In this document: positions 27,021-42,400 of the stretch, one piece after another
Position numbering within the stretch: position 1 is the stretch's first letter
How the letters are laid out: the number at the start of each line of letters is the position of its first letter
Assembly (NCBI RefSeq): GCF_006345805.1
Contig: NW_021832271.1
Span: 1-64,000, forward strand
Direction of reading: 5' to 3'
Origin: Octopus sinensis
Taxonomy: Eukaryota
Length of the DNA: 64,000 nt
Made by a program: the position numbers and the translations under genes
The notes under the pieces: model-generated
What the model saw: the letters and a program-made list of their open reading frames with translations, nothing else
The model's database searches: none
Told to the model about the DNA's origin: nothing

Positions 27021-27629
27021 TATGTATTCGTGAGTAGGTGTGCGGTGTTCATGTACCAACAAGCAGTTCAATAAGACATCTTCGAACTCCATATACGTTA
27101 TTGAAACCCATTTTATAAAACGACCTGTTTTCACAGTAAAACATATTTCACATTATAAAGACATTTAAACGGTACAATCTTATATCTCTGCCTCAATGCA
27201 CCCCTCTTTGTTTTAGAATTCCTGCTACTGTTTTCTCTCTTTGTGTCCAATTGCCTCTAATTATTTATTCCATTCCGTGTTTTGCTTACTAATTCTGAAT
27301 GTATAGATAGAGTAACGTGGCCAGGTGCTACGAAGAATTTTCATAGAGTTTATAAACAGTGGAAGGTGATTTCATTTCATTTTCAGTAATTTGGTTTCCT
27401 TTCGCTCTTGAAGTTTCTTTGACGGTTTGCGACTTCATTGATGAATAAATACAGTTAGTCCAAATATTTAACGATACAACTCAATAATATTCACAAGAGG
27501 CGCTATTTCAATCGAGCGGATGTAATGAGAAAGCTAGCGTACGTAGTCGATTCTTTTGATGCTGGGGCTAGAGATAAGGAAGTCAATTTTAATTAATGAA
27601 ACTTTCGTCACAACTGTGGCAAATATAGG

Positions 27630-27818
27630 GAAGAATGAAACATAAAATTTCCTGATGAGATCCGAATAAGAATGAAGCATACAATTTCCTGATGAGGTCA
27701 GAATAAGAATGAAGCATACATTTTCCTGATGAGGTCAGAATAAGAATGAAGCATGCAATTTCCTGATGAGATCCGAATAAGAATGAAGCATACAATTTCC
27801 TGATGAGGTCAGAATAGA
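27630..27818. repeat. 37-bp minisatellite, about 5 copies
   Basis: cctgatgag starts at 27651, 27688, 27725, 27762 and 27799. Confidence 0.95.
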
Positions 27819-28704
27819 TGTGAAGTGCATCTGGGTTTCTTCGCCATATTTCTCGAAAAGGTGAACGTAACATTAGATTTTTACCAATATTGTGTTTTCG
27901 TCATCACGTTTGTCACTATTTAGCATTTGTATTGTTTGTTACCTGCTTGCAAATATACAACACTGACTTCGAGTACTGGATATCTCTGGTAAGCATATAG
28001 CGATCTCGTTGGTTCCATCTCAATTTACAAAATAAACCAAAATTATATAATATATTAAAGGCTACTGAATATTTGTAGAACGAAAATTTTAAAAGTTCTG
28101 ATGAAGGTTATAGTTGATCTGTCCGATAGCAGTTGAGGCCTAGCTTGGCTGGTACATAACATATCGAGTCCGAACGAAGTTGTAAGTCCATCGAGGTGCG
28201 ACGTGCTCAAATCCTAAATGTCTGTTACAGAAATAGACAAGGTATTGTAACAGAGGCTTTATTCATATTAACAGTGGCCTGTCCTATGCAGATACTGAAT
28301 TTACACCAATTTAATGAAAACATCGGCGAAAAATAAAATAACATATGAAGAGAAAGAGGAATAGAATCAATATACAAAAAGCATAATGTTGATATCGCAA
28401 TTCTTGGAAATAGGGTCCCACATAGCGTGTTACAACCCCATCACCACCCATGCTTTCAAAATACATGTGCGTTATATGAAGGTGTTCAAAAACTTAAAGA
28501 AATGACTAGAGCTGAAACTCAATACAGGCATAAAAGTACGACTGATTGCAACGAGATGTTCGCTATGTGACAATCATTTTGCAAAATGAGTCAGGAAACA
28601 TCGACTCAGATAAAGTGTGACGTAATTCGAATGGAATGTTGACGTTTATGACGTGGTGGCTTTAATTGTGCTTCAATGTGGTTACGATGGTGAGGAGAAA
28701 AGAC

Positions 28705-28750
<46 letters not shown>

Positions 28751-30011
28751 TGATAAAGCGAGAGAAAGAAAGCAGATGACATACACAGATACACACATAC
28801 ACATATATTTACATGCATACATACATACTTACATATATATATATATATTATATATACATTATGAATATATATATATATATATATATTATATAATATATGT
28901 ATATGTTATATATGTATATATATATATATGTATATATATATATGTATATATATAATATATATATATATACATATGTATATACACATAAACATACATACAT
29001 ACGTATATACATAATATATACACACACATATATATATATATATGGGTGTGTTTGTGTGTTTGTGAGTGTGTATAAACATGGCGTCGAACAGAGATATGTT
29101 GACATAGAGTACTATTGATTCTTCCGAATAATGAATACTGTCCCCTGTAAAATTTGCCATTAAGGAATAAAAGAAAATGGTTATTTGGTATGAATAATTG
29201 CAAAGAAACAAACTCGTAGCGGTAATGAAACAGTGGAATAAAGAATGCGTGGCAAAATTACGCTACATACACATTAGCGAGGAAAGAACCCGAAGTCAGC
29301 TATCACAAATCGCGGAACCATCGAGAAAAATTTCAACTGAACAGCTACTCAACATAACTGTGCTTAAGGAAGTCAAGCAACACTTAAAGATATGGCTAGT
29401 CCAGAAAGCGTTCAGCTCTATGCTCCACTCATAGGTAATAGTATCGTTGCACTTTTGAAAATCCACTCACAAGTCTTTGGTCTGCCCGAGGTAGAAGACA
29501 GTTGCCCGGTGGTGTCACGCAATAGCGGTGCCCCAGCATGGCCACAGCTCATAAGCTGAAACTAGAATCAATCAATCAATGTGACTAGACCCTGAAACAT
29601 GTGTTTGGAAAGCAAGCTTCTTTCATCCTCTCTCTCTCCCTCTGTGCATGTAAATATACAGTTATATACGTATGCTTGTATACATGTATATTAATATTTG
29701 TGTTTACGTTTAAATAGAAAAGCAATTTGAACGCTAAACCGAAAGATTGTTCATTGCATGTTTGTTCATTCTTATTAACCATTTTCACTCTTATGGATGC
29801 AAGCAACGTGAACTTGGAATTCACTTTTAAACTTTTTCTTGCATCTGTTAAGTATATATGCTCGAACTTTTGATGTTTCTTCCTAATCTGTTCATCTATA
29901 AGTCTTTCTTTCTCTCTCTCTCTCTCTCTCTACCACACACATGGATATACATACACACGTATGTGTAAATGTGTACACACATATCTATATAAGTACACAC
30001 ACACACACACA

Positions 30012-30045
<34 letters not shown>

Positions 30046-30798
30046 ATGTGTGTGTGTAGATATACTCATGAGTCGATCAGTGATGTTTTATTTAAACGAA
30101 AATCCAGCTTTTGTATATCCTTATACTAGATAAGTATTACCATTCGATTTCCTAATTTGATAGGGGGAAAATATTGTGTTTCAGTTTATAAATGTTATCA
30201 TACCGTCTCTGATGTATCACTCTTCAGTGTTATGCACAAAAAGAAAAATTGGAACTATAGACACGATACATATTGGAAAGATAAAGGAATAAGACGAAAA
30301 ACCAAGTGATTTTTATTCTTATTTTACACAAAATTCATTGATGAAAAATTTAAAGCAAAGGAGAATAATTTCTTATCAGAAAACGCATGGATGAATAACA
30401 AGAACCGACGAACTCACCACAGATTTCTTTCAGCTTATAAAGACAGGAATAATTTTCCTTTAGATTCTGGATTTTTTAAATTTCTTGAAAAACACGATAC
30501 GATCAACCGACATCATTAAAACCTAAAGCAGAATTTTTATTCTCAAAGAACTCTCGCACATTCATATATTTTTCAATATTTATGATCTTTTCGGTTCTGC
30601 TTCTATTATTGTTTCGCCAGTTTAGTATACTTTATCATTTTGACAGACAAAAGATTCTTCGATATCGTGGATGTTCGGCAAGCGATTGATTCCTGGTTCG
30701 AATACATTATTACATTGTCTGATTAGATATAATGGCGTGTACCCAATACAGCTGACTTCTTATAAATGTTGAAAGACTGCAAGGACGGAGTCGGGTCA

Positions 30799-31145
30799 CA
30801 GGTTAAGTTAAGTTACGTTTTTGGCTCAAAAAGCAAAAAAGCAAGGCCATGTAGGGGGACATTGAGTTATGTACAGGGAGGGTGTTCATGCAAAGAGTTC
30901 AGGCCATTTCTGGTCAAGGGAGACTTTGAACCAAGCGGTCGTTGGTATCTTCACTATCTCGTCCGGCAGCTTATTCCACGAATCCGCAACCCGGACGGAG
31001 AAAGCCCCTCTCCTTCGATTGAGATGAAATCATCGCAGATAGAGCTTTTCGGAGTGACCCCGCAGCCGACGCTCTGGAGCAGGAGTGAAGAACAGCTCTT
31101 TCGAGAGGTTACACTTTCCGTTTATGATGTTGTGAGGTGACTCTG
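30799..31145 (-). mobile_element. 5'-truncated CR1 LINE 3' end
   Basis: LRGHSEKLYLR*FHLNRRRGAFSVRVADSWNKLPDEIVKIPTTAWFKVSLD, followed by a UTR and an (AACTT)n tail. Confidence 0.85.
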
Positions 31146-31467
31146 GCAGAGAGACACTATGTACGTGTGGATATGTGTGTGTGTTTGTTAGTACTTGCCT
31201 AGTAAGAGGCATCACTTGAAGAGTGTTACAGACAAAAGGAAATCTTACTCGAAACGAACAAGATGTCAAGTAGTCTAAGAAATCCAAGATAACGCGAAAA
31301 ACTGCTTGGCATCTCAAAAAAAAGGAGATCCAGAAATGTTTCCTTCAATTTAAACGCTACTGGATAAAATGTGCAGTTTTAGAAGGGGATAATTAGCAGA
31401 TAATTAACTGCCGAACTGATGAGTTGTAAATAGAAATAATATATTTCTAAATCTGAAGCGTTACTCC

Positions 31468-31788
31468 GGATCTTTTCACTTTGACCGGCAGATTTAAAAA
31501 ATAATTTCTTTGTAACTAAACACATTTAAACTTCGTATAGTGGTAGAATGTGTTACATTAAACATATTTTTCTCTTGGCTTTCTTGAGAAAATTCTGTAG
31601 TTTGTAAGCTATTTGTTGTTAAATTTCTTGCATTTCGCCAATTTCAACCAATCAATGACGTCTATTGAGGTGAAGCCAAGAGAAAAAATATGTTTTATGT
31701 AACACATTCTACCAGTATACGAAGTTTAAAAGTGTTTAGTTACAAAGAAATTATTTTTTTAAATCTGCCGATCAAAGTGAAAAGATCC
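31468..31788. mobile_element. MITE with TIRs of about 110 bp and 8-bp TSD
   Basis: TIR ggatcttttcactttgaccggcagattt.../...aaatctgccgatcaaagtgaaaagatcc; gttactcc at 31460-31467 and 31789-31796. Confidence 0.88.
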
Positions 31789-32022
31789 GTTACTCCATAC
31801 TTTTGCAGTGTATACACTTATTCTTTAACAACAACCGTATAGATAGTGGCGTCGAATTTCCAGCCAGATAAACCACCATAGAATGATTTAGCCTAAGGTG
31901 CTACGAAGTGGTACGAAACCCAAAACCGTATGATTAGGAGGCAAACTTCTAACCATAGAGCCACGCCTCCAATTACACCTTATTCCCTTCATTAAATTGT
32001 TGGACGAGAGATACTGAACACG

Positions 32023-32410
32023 TGGAAGCACTCCGTCGGTTACGACGATGAGGGTTCCGGTTGATCCGAATCAACGGAACAGCCTGCTCGTGAAATTAAC
32101 GTGTAAGTGGCTGAGCACTCCACAGACACGTGTACCCTTAACGTAGTTCTCGGGGATACTCAGCGTGACACAGAGAGTGACAAGGCCGGCTCCTTGAAAT
32201 ACAGGTACAACAGAAAGAGGAAGTAAGAGTGAGAGAAAGTTGTGGTGAAAGAGTACAGCAGGGATCACCACCATCCCCTGCCGGCCGGAGCCTCGTGGAA
32301 CTTTTAGGTGTTTTCGCTCAATAAACACTCACAACGCCCGGTCTGGGAATCGAAACCGCGATCCTATGACCGCGAGTCCGCTGCCCTAACCACTGGGCCA
32401 TTGCACCTCC
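32023..32410 (-). mobile_element. SINE family C, full length
   Basis: tRNA-like head; 11-bp TSD tactgaacacg at 32012-32022 and 32411-32421. Confidence 0.92.
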
Positions 32411-33285
32411 TACTGAACACGACAGTGTTAAGATATCAGGGTTTGTTTCAACAAATTTCGCGACGGTCATGGCTGGGATCTCTTTGAAGATATGTTAGTC
32501 CTGTGAGTCCTAATCTTGGATCAAATGACAAAATCATAAATTTCTTGTGTAGTAGTGACTGTGTAACGCATTATAATTATTAGTTTCATCCTTTGAGTTG
32601 AAACCATGTGATGGCGATGTTTGCTTTCACCATTCATTACTACGCTAGCAATAAAATCATTAACAGGCCTCTGTACTTGTGTCGAATTTATCTCGCTCTG
32701 CTTATTTCCTTTACAGTAGAGCCATGACACTGTGAGAAATCGATTTTGTGTTCTATTATATATGTCTCCAAGTGATTTGTTCTCATGAATCTATATAATC
32801 CATTGAATGGGATTATATTTCGGAAAAAGCTCGTAAGTGATTATGCTAGAAAGAGTCGCTTTTTGAAAATGAATGTTTACTGTAAAAGCCTGTGGCTTAT
32901 ATTATGTAACTGCAAATAAAGCGAGAATGGGTTCTTTTGTTAAGTCCGCGGCCTGAGAGTTGGAAATGTTTCGGGCTGTAAATAAGTAAATAAAATAAAG
33001 CACAAACAAATATTATGGTGTTAGAGGTAAGCTGTAATAAACTAGACATTCTAAATGTATTCTGGGTTTGTCATAGAAACACACATACACAAATACAAAA
33101 CCCTTTCCACACACAAATTCCACGCAATCTCACAGAGACAAGCTGAGGCATAGACAAATACATACACATACATACGCATAGACACACAAACTTGCCGGTA
33201 TATAGAAACACACACACGAAAACACACACATACACACACAGACACACGTGTATAAACCATACACATACAAATACACACACATACG

Positions 33286-33316
<31 letters not shown>

Positions 33317-33334
33317 CTATCTATCATCTATCTA

Positions 33335-33403
<69 letters not shown>

Positions 33404-33705
33404 CTCTCTATATATATACAAAGACAAGCACACATTCGTCTCTGAAGTAAGCTTCTAATTCTAAATCCCAGATGCTGTAGCTACTGTAAATTCCTATTGC
33501 TGCTGCAGATATTGATGTTTTGCTTATTTTCCCATTAACATGGCAGCATGAGTTCTCATCGAGCAGACGCGTCATCAACGACATTCCAGCTGTGACCATC
33601 CAGTTATATTTCCATTTTTGCTTTGTTAATTCAGACAATAAAATTTAGGGTTGCATTATCTAACTTGACTTTCCTTTTAGTAAGACTTTATCTCTCTCTT
33701 TCTCT

Positions 33706-34104
33706 CTCTTTTACTTGTTTCATTCATTTGATTGCGGACATGCTGGAGCACCGCCTTTTTAGTCGAGCAAATTGACCCCGGGACTTATTTTTTGTAAGCC
33801 CAGTACTTATTCTATCGGTATCTTTTGCCGAACCGCTAAGTGATGGGGACGTAAACACACCAGCATCGGTTGTCAAGCAATGCTAGGTGGACAAACACAG
33901 ACACACATACATTCACACATATATATATATATACATATATACGACAGGCTTCTTTCAGTTTCCGTCTACCAAATCCACCCACAAGGCATTGGGCGGCCCG
34001 GGGCTATAGCAGAAGACACTTGCCCAAGATGCCACGCAGTGGGACTGAACCCGGAACAATGTGGTTGGTTAGCAAGCTACTTACCACACAGCCACTCCTG
34101 CGCC
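33706..34104 (-). mobile_element. SINE family B, full length
   Basis: Reverse complement colinear with the 44266 and 56131 copies. Confidence 0.92.
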
Positions 34105-34372
34105 TATCGTGTATTTTTTTTTATATAATTTGGTTGCTATTTGGTTGCTTAGCCAGCAGACTAAGGTGACACTTGTTTACTGGTCACACTTGAAGAATTC
34201 TGCGAAGAATTCGTCAAAGTTGTTTATTTTTTTCTTCTTCTTTCCTCGTTGGTCCTGTTGTCACCGGGGAATGCTTTGTCGATTACCACGCAAGGTCTTT
34301 CTTTTTTATTCACCACATATTATTATTGTTATTATTTTCATTCTTATTATCATTTTTATAATGAATATTATC

Positions 34373-35152
<780 letters not shown>

Positions 35153-35318
35153 TTGACTCAAGTACGTTCTTGTTCCTTGCAGAATTTATGTAGGTATCAA
35201 CAAGATTTCAATAATCTTTCAGGTGTCACGGTACAATAGGATTTTGCATCTACACATGTAAACATCCTCTCTCTCTCTCTCTCTCTCTAGCTTTATCTCT
35301 CTCTTTTTCTTATATATG

Positions 35319-35405
<87 letters not shown>

Positions 35406-37653
35406 GACACAGTGAAAGATGTACATATCTACATAATCACAGACCACTTTACAATGGTTTAATCAAGTGTTGTTATGTTGTAATGGCTATTTATAGAAAC
35501 GAACCCATTAGAAGAGGGCAACTGTACACAAGCTACGAAGTGAGATATCTATGTTCCTTTGATGTCATTCCATCGTCTTCTAAGGGACAGAATGTTTCAA
35601 GGATCCATTTTAATCTGTCATTGAATAAAATAAACTGGATAACATCTTGTTTGTAAATTCTTCAGTCAAAGAATCGAGATACGGACTTGAAATTTATCAC
35701 TGCTCAAAGGGAATATTCATATAAATAACACCTCATGATAAAGGAGTTTAATGTTGTATAAATATATCGAGAAAATAAGATAGAGAATTAGACCTACAGA
35801 TAGTTCAAAAATCTGCTATAGACGGGAAATCAACCAACTCGAAACATAAGCAGAATGAAATTCCACAACCTGTTTGACGCCTACGTACCAAAATGTTTGC
35901 CAAAGGAATTGACAATAACTAAATCACTGTGATCAAACGAAACGACAAAGTGGTATAGCAATATAATTTCAGACGCCGAAATCACCACAATAAATTTAAT
36001 CAAATTCTTTAATGGTCTTTCCAAAATTCCAATTTCTAGAGATATCGTTCGAAAAGTTAATACTTAAAGAGACTGTTTGGCGCTAATAACAGAAGAACCA
36101 ATCACGACTTCAAACTGATAAATGATATTGGGAAATGTACGCTAGCTTTATATATTTACAACATTGTCAAAATCTACCTTATCGTACGGCAAAGTCTTTT
36201 AGATCACGTTTATTTTAAAAACATCCTATGGACGTTTATTTACCGAAAATCTTTATATCTTTCAGTCATCTTAAGATTTGGTAAAAGCTAGTAAAGACTT
36301 TAGTTATCTAAGAAGGTGTAATAAGACTATATTATTCCCAGAGTTGTCACCATTCTTGCCAAAAATGAGGTTCATTTTCGATGCCTGCGTACAGAGGAAT
36401 TTTAATTAACTTTCGGTAATATAAATTTTGGAATTGACTCGTCAGCTTTACTTAATCAATAGGTTAATGTCGGTTTATTTTCCCCCTCATTTATTCCCCA
36501 GAAATGTAATCTTAATTAATTAAATTAACAACATTAAGCATGTTATCAATAGTGAAACTACCTGATAATGACAATATCTTTATTCTACCATTTAGTAAGA
36601 CGATTGAACAGGATAGTTTTCACGATGACGATCGGATAGTTAAAAAGCTGAGAGAACTAACTAAATTTCCTAAAATCATAAACTAACAACTGACTGGGAA
36701 TTGGAGTTTTATAAGAAAACAAGATCGGAACAATGTTGGTATGGATATGACTGGGATACTTTCGATAAAACAAAATATTTGCTCTAGTAGGTACATGAAG
36801 GAGCTGGCTGCATTTACATAGATTGTAAATTCCATAGTCTTTTCAAATGGCTAATAATGTGTGTGCGCGCCGCTACTACACACATTGGAAAGCATTGTAC
36901 AACCAAGCACTAAAGATCTTTCCTCCTCCATGAAACAAAGCTGTTACCGCTGGACGTCAACCCAGTATTGTAAGGTTGCAAATATAGAAATCGAAAATCT
37001 TGGCAATATATATAATTCTATAGAAACAGTTGTTTATATTCAGAAGTTGCGATTTAACTTTCTCTGAAATGAACTCGAAAATTATGACGAAAATCAAGAA
37101 GCCTAAATTTTGTTTATTTCTTCAGATTTTGAACGTTTGTATTTTAAAAGTTTGGTACATAAATTAAAACTTAATACATAAATTGACTGAAATAATACAT
37201 CAAATATCACAATTATTATATATTTTTTTTCTTTATTTTTACATTTGTAATTTATTGCGTATTTGAGGAACGGACTTTTGAAGATACTGTTTGCTACAAA
37301 CGTCAATGCTACGAATGTACAGGTGGCCGAACAATTAGCAAGTTCAATTAATTAATATGCGCTGAAGAAATATTAGAAATTCTATAAGCAGCTCATTGTG
37401 ATCTGTATGCTGCATCTGTATAGAACACAATCTCATATTTTAAAGCATCAATATATAATTAACTGAGAATTATCTTATTATATATTCAAATCTCAAATAT
37501 GCAAATTTTGTACAATAATTTAGTATTTTGTATTTATACAAAAACCCAGGAATATAACTCAATAAACTTGATATATATTTTAACATATTGAAATAGTATT
37601 GTATCTGTAAATAACAACTAACTGTTTTAGTTATAAAAAAAAAGCCTCATCGG

Positions 37654-37954
37654 AGATCTTTTCGCTTTGGCCGGCAGATTTTTTAAATAATTTCTTTGTA
37701 ACTAAGCACTTTTAAACTTCGTATACTGGTAGAATAAGACATATTTTTCTTCTTGAGAAAATTCTGTAGTTTGTAAGCTATTCGTTGTTTAATTTCATGC
37801 ATTTCGGCAATTTCAACCAATCAATGACGTCTATTGAGGTGAAGCCAAGAGAAAAATGTTTTATGTAACACATTCTACCAGTATACGAAGTTTAAAAGTG
37901 CTTAGTTACAAAGAAATTATTTTTAAAAATCTGCCGGTCAAAGTGAAAAGATCC
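37654..37954. mobile_element. Second copy of the 31468 MITE
   Basis: Same TIRs and core caatttcaaccaatcaatgacgtctattgagg. Confidence 0.85.
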
Positions 37955-38982
37955 GTTACTCCATACTTTTGCAGTGTATACACTTATTCTTTAACAATAA
38001 CCGTATAGATAGGGGCGTCGAATTCGTTGTTTAATTTCATGCATTTCGGCAATTTCAACCAATCAATGACGTCTATTGAGGTGAATGCAATGTCTCCGGT
38101 TCTTTTCTCGGTTATTTTCCTGTGTGCTGTACTTCGATTTTAGAGAAAGTCTGAGCATGCCAGAATAACAGAAGGCAATTTTAGATACAAAATCGATATC
38201 TCACGTTGAAACCAATATTTTACATTGAAAAACGGTAATGCACAAACGCACACACACACACGCACACACACACACACTCACATACACACACGTACTCTCT
38301 ACGTGTGTGTTTATATTATAGCCAAACACATAAAGTCCACTGGCCTAGATTGTGGGTTGTCAAGTTCACGAGTATTAATCGTTAGGTTCGATTCTCGAGT
38401 TGGGGGACGAGGGCTCATTCTGCCCTTGGGCATGGTACTTCATTTCTTCTTAAACCAGCTGGTAACTTCATATGAAAGTACGAGAGGTATCTGGTCCTTA
38501 AACCTGTGACGGACAGACACCCCTTTCAGTTTTGATCCTTTTATTTACCTCTCAATCTCATACTTCTTTAAACCCGGATGAGATCCTTTGAGAAAAACTT
38601 ATACGTCCCAGATAGGCTAGAGAAAAATACTGAAGCGCATGCGCACACATTCTCACGCACATACATGCACACATAGCTATAGAGTTATGCATAAGAAGAC
38701 ATTCTCATATACATATAAACACATATGCACATATAAACATACACAGATATGTGTGTCGCAAAGCACTTTGCAGTACCATTCGCTTCCCTCGCAGCTCTGA
38801 ACTTTGGAGTTCCCTTCCACAGTCTTCTTTTCTTCTTCAATATGTCCTCCAGTCTTTTAAGTCTAATGTACATCGTCAACTATTGACTTCTGTCTAGCGT
38901 CCATTTTATACTAGTAGCTCTTGATGTTTTCAGTGATCTAAGGACCTTGTAAAGAGCGAATGCTTAAAAAAATGCATACATA

Positions 38983-39387
38983 GGCGTAGGAGTGGTTCTG
39001 TGGTAAGTAGCCTGCTTACTAACCACATGGTTCCGGGTTCAGTCTCACTGCGTGGCACCTTGGGCAAGTGTCATCTACTATAGCCTTGGGCCGACCAAAA
39101 CCTTGTGAGTGGATTTAGTAGACGGAAACTGAAAGAAGCCCGTCGTATATATATATATGTATATGTATGTGTTTGTGTATATGTTTGTTTGTCTGTTCTG
39201 CCTCCCCCCAAACATCGCTTCACAACCGATGCTGGTGAGTGTACGTCCCCGTAACTTAGCAGTTCGGCAAAAGAGACCGATAGAATAAGTACTAGGCTTA
39301 CAAAGAATAAGTCCTGGAATTGATTTGCTCAACTAAAGGCGGTGCTCCAGCATGGCCACAGTCATATGACTGAAACAAGTAAAAGAG
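38983..39387 (+). mobile_element. SINE family B, full length
   Basis: ggcgtaggagtgg...ccttgggcaagtgtc...(TA/TG)n...gactgaaacaagtaaaagag. Confidence 0.92.
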
Positions 39388-40609
39388 AACCCGCTTAAAT
39401 ACGTACCTAAAACGCACCTACATGCTCATAGAAGCGACAGTTCCCGCGCCTCTTCGGTCTTCGATATTTCCCTCCTAAAGTATTGGTCAAGGGAAAGATA
39501 CTATAAGTATATATTACCGAAAGTATGATGCATAGGGCCGAATCAACAATTCTGATGTTTGGGAAGATGTTTTGCCACCGCTTAGCTATTAACGACAACA
39601 TATATGATTTAAAATATATTTCTTCATATCGAAACTTTTGGCCAGTGAAAAAATTTTGAAGACATTTTCCCCTTTTCATTTCTGGTTATCCTCCGACCTC
39701 GCTATATATTTTCTACAAAACCCCTAATTAAATAAACAAAATTTTCGAACGATTAGATTTCCTTTTCTAGATTTTTAAATTTTTATCTCTTATATTCCTC
39801 ATTTTGGATTTTCCTTTTGTTTTCCAAATGTCGTTATTTAATTTAATTTCATTCAAAATTTAATTGCAATGTGAAAACGTAACGATGACAATATTCTTTC
39901 GCTGGGATAAATTACAGTCATTTAAGATACATCAAATAAATGGCTTAGGATTAGATTAAAACTATAAATTCTTCGTAAATGACATTTTTCTAATAATTCC
40001 CCGAAGAGGTTATATGTTAATCAGGTTTTCGCATCATTCTCACGATGTTTCCCCCCCATCCCCCATCACCTTGATTCATTATACAAAGAACATAGCTTTA
40101 AACCACAGCAATCTTTCCCATACCTCAATGAAACTCTAAATTCTAGCAACATATTGATTTAATAGACAGATGGCCTATACATATTTGTATTACTATTATT
40201 ATTATTAATAAATTATATTTTTTATTTATTCATTTGCATTTGTGCGTTCTTCTTCTTCTTCTTCTTCTTCTTCTTCTTCTTCTTCTTCTTCTTCTTCTTC
40301 TTCTTCTTCTTCTCTTCTTCTTCTTCTTCTTCTTCTTTTTCTTCAGTTTCTAAGATACACAAATGGAGACTGAAGTGAATTGGATTATAGAGAAAAGTTT
40401 TCCATTTTCATAAAATAGCATTTCAGCTCAACATTTTTTCCTGTTATTCGGAGACTGCGCCACTCTGTATACCTGTCTGCTCCTCTCTTGCACATACCTA
40501 TGTCTGTGTGTGTATGTGTGATTGGATGTGTGTGTGAGTGTGTATGTACATACATATATGTATATATTTGTACTCGTGTATATACATATATATGTATAAT
40601 ATATATATA

Positions 40610-41003
40610 TTTTTTTTTGGAAGCACTCCGTCGGTTACGATGATGAGGGTTCCGGTGGATCCGAATCAACGGAACAGCCTGCTCGTGAAATTAACGTGTA
40701 AGTGGCTGAGCACTCCACAGACACGTGCATCCTTAACGTAGTTCTCGGGGATATTCAGCGTGACACAGAGAGTGACAAGGCCGGCCCTTTGAAATACAGG
40801 TACAACAGAAACAGAAAGTAAGAGTGAGAGAAAGTTGTGGTGAAAGAGTACAGCAGGGATCACCACCATCCCCTGCCGGAGCTTCGTAGAGCTTTTTGGT
40901 GTTTTCGCTCAATAAACACTCACAACGCCCGGTCTGGGAATCGAAACCGCGATCCTATGACCGCGAGTCCGCTGCCCTAGCCACTGGGCCATTGCGCCCC
41001 CAC
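40610..41003 (-). mobile_element. SINE family C, full length, with poly(A)
   Basis: Near-identical to 32023; 14-bp TSD gtataatatatata at 40594-40607 and 41004-41017. Confidence 0.92.
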
Positions 41004-41347
41004 GTATAATATATATAGACATTAGAAAAACAGATTCTCAAAAAAGGTTAGTAACATTGTGGTAAAAGATTTGGTAACATTTAAAAAAATATATATTTAA
41101 AAAATTTACCTTCACGCTTCAAAACTCTATTAAGTAATTCTCATGAGGTATATAGTAGCTATATTACCATCTCATGGCCACCATTGTTATTCTATTCTGC
41201 CACTCCAAATTATACTTGGGGTATTTTATCTCTCTAAGTTCATTATGCTACAATAATAGCAGCATGTAATTCGTTCATTTTCTAGTTCTAATGAAATATT
41301 TGCTAAAAAGCATAGTGGAATATCCTGTATGTTGGAAACATACTTTG

Positions 41348-41434
41348 TGCAGCCGAAGATGGCGGTGTATTTCAAATTGATGTAATGCTTGCACATTTCG
41401 ATTAAATACGGCCGCCCGAAACGTCCGTAATGCA
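41348..41434 (+). ncRNA. Degenerate type I hammerhead
   Basis: tgcag CCGAAGA t ggcgg tgtattt...aaatacg g ccgcc c GAAA c-gtcc-g TA atgca; core U4>C and a stem I junction mismatch. Confidence 0.55.
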
Positions 41435-41478
41435 GTAATACTTTGACATCCTTGTTACGTACCTGATATATATGTATG

Positions 41479-41554
<76 letters not shown>

Positions 41555-41555
41555 A

Positions 41556-42143
41556 TATTCAATAAAGGGTGGAATATAATTAATTTAATAAAATTAATCA
41601 ATTTCACCTAGTAGATTTGTCGGTATGGAAAAGACCATATTTGGTAAGGATTATAATAATTATAATAAAGGGTTAAAAGCAACAAGTTGCTCAAAACCAC
41701 ATACCGAAAATATTAGAAATAGCAGCCAAAATTGGTCAGTATTTCCTCTACTAGTAAAAAGTCTCCACAAACAAACAGAATTTGTAAGCTGTATATGGCA
41801 AAAAAAGGCAGAAAATAATGAAAACCCAGCCTCTGGATTAATTATAGACGACTCGTTTTTGGATTAGAACCGAAGGTTCATTTCCTTGTCAATATAATAT
41901 TTCCTATAGATCTAGAAATGCTAGGGGAAAAAACTTACCCGTTACACCAGTACGATCTGCAACATCGGACGGCTTAACGGAACTGCTAGCATTCGTACAT
42001 CTATGCCGACATGCGAATTCATATTTCCCTCCAAAAACTACCACGTGAGCTACAAAAACATTACCAACGAAACGAAAAATTCGGAGATAACTTGTAAGGG
42101 AGCAAAAGTATTCAATATTCAATAAAGGGTGGAATATAATTAA
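41556..42143 (-). mobile_element. Non-autonomous Penelope-like unit, period 560 bp
   Basis: 28-bp direct repeat tattcaataaagggtggaatataattaa at 41556 and 42116; decayed hammerhead at 41841-41898; (TA)n on both sides. Confidence 0.7.
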
Positions 42144-42194
42144 ATATATATATATATATATACATATATATGTATATATATGTATGTATATATA

Positions 42195-42239
<45 letters not shown>

Positions 42240-42250
42240 GTATATATATG

Positions 42251-42289
<39 letters not shown>

Positions 42290-42357
42290 ATATATATATA
42301 TGTATGTGTATATATATATGTATGTATGTATATATATATATTATATATATATATATG

Positions 42358-42400
<43 letters not shown>

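Noticed and set aside
27630-27818. CRISPR-like array
   Set aside because: Contiguous tandem units with no unique spacers; eukaryotic context, no cas genes.
28095-28185. ctgatgaagg...ccgaac possible hammerhead
   Set aside because: No GAAA, and no stem I/III complementarity.
29198-29434. 78-aa non-repetitive ORF
   Set aside because: TTG start, no recognisable domain, length within chance expectation.
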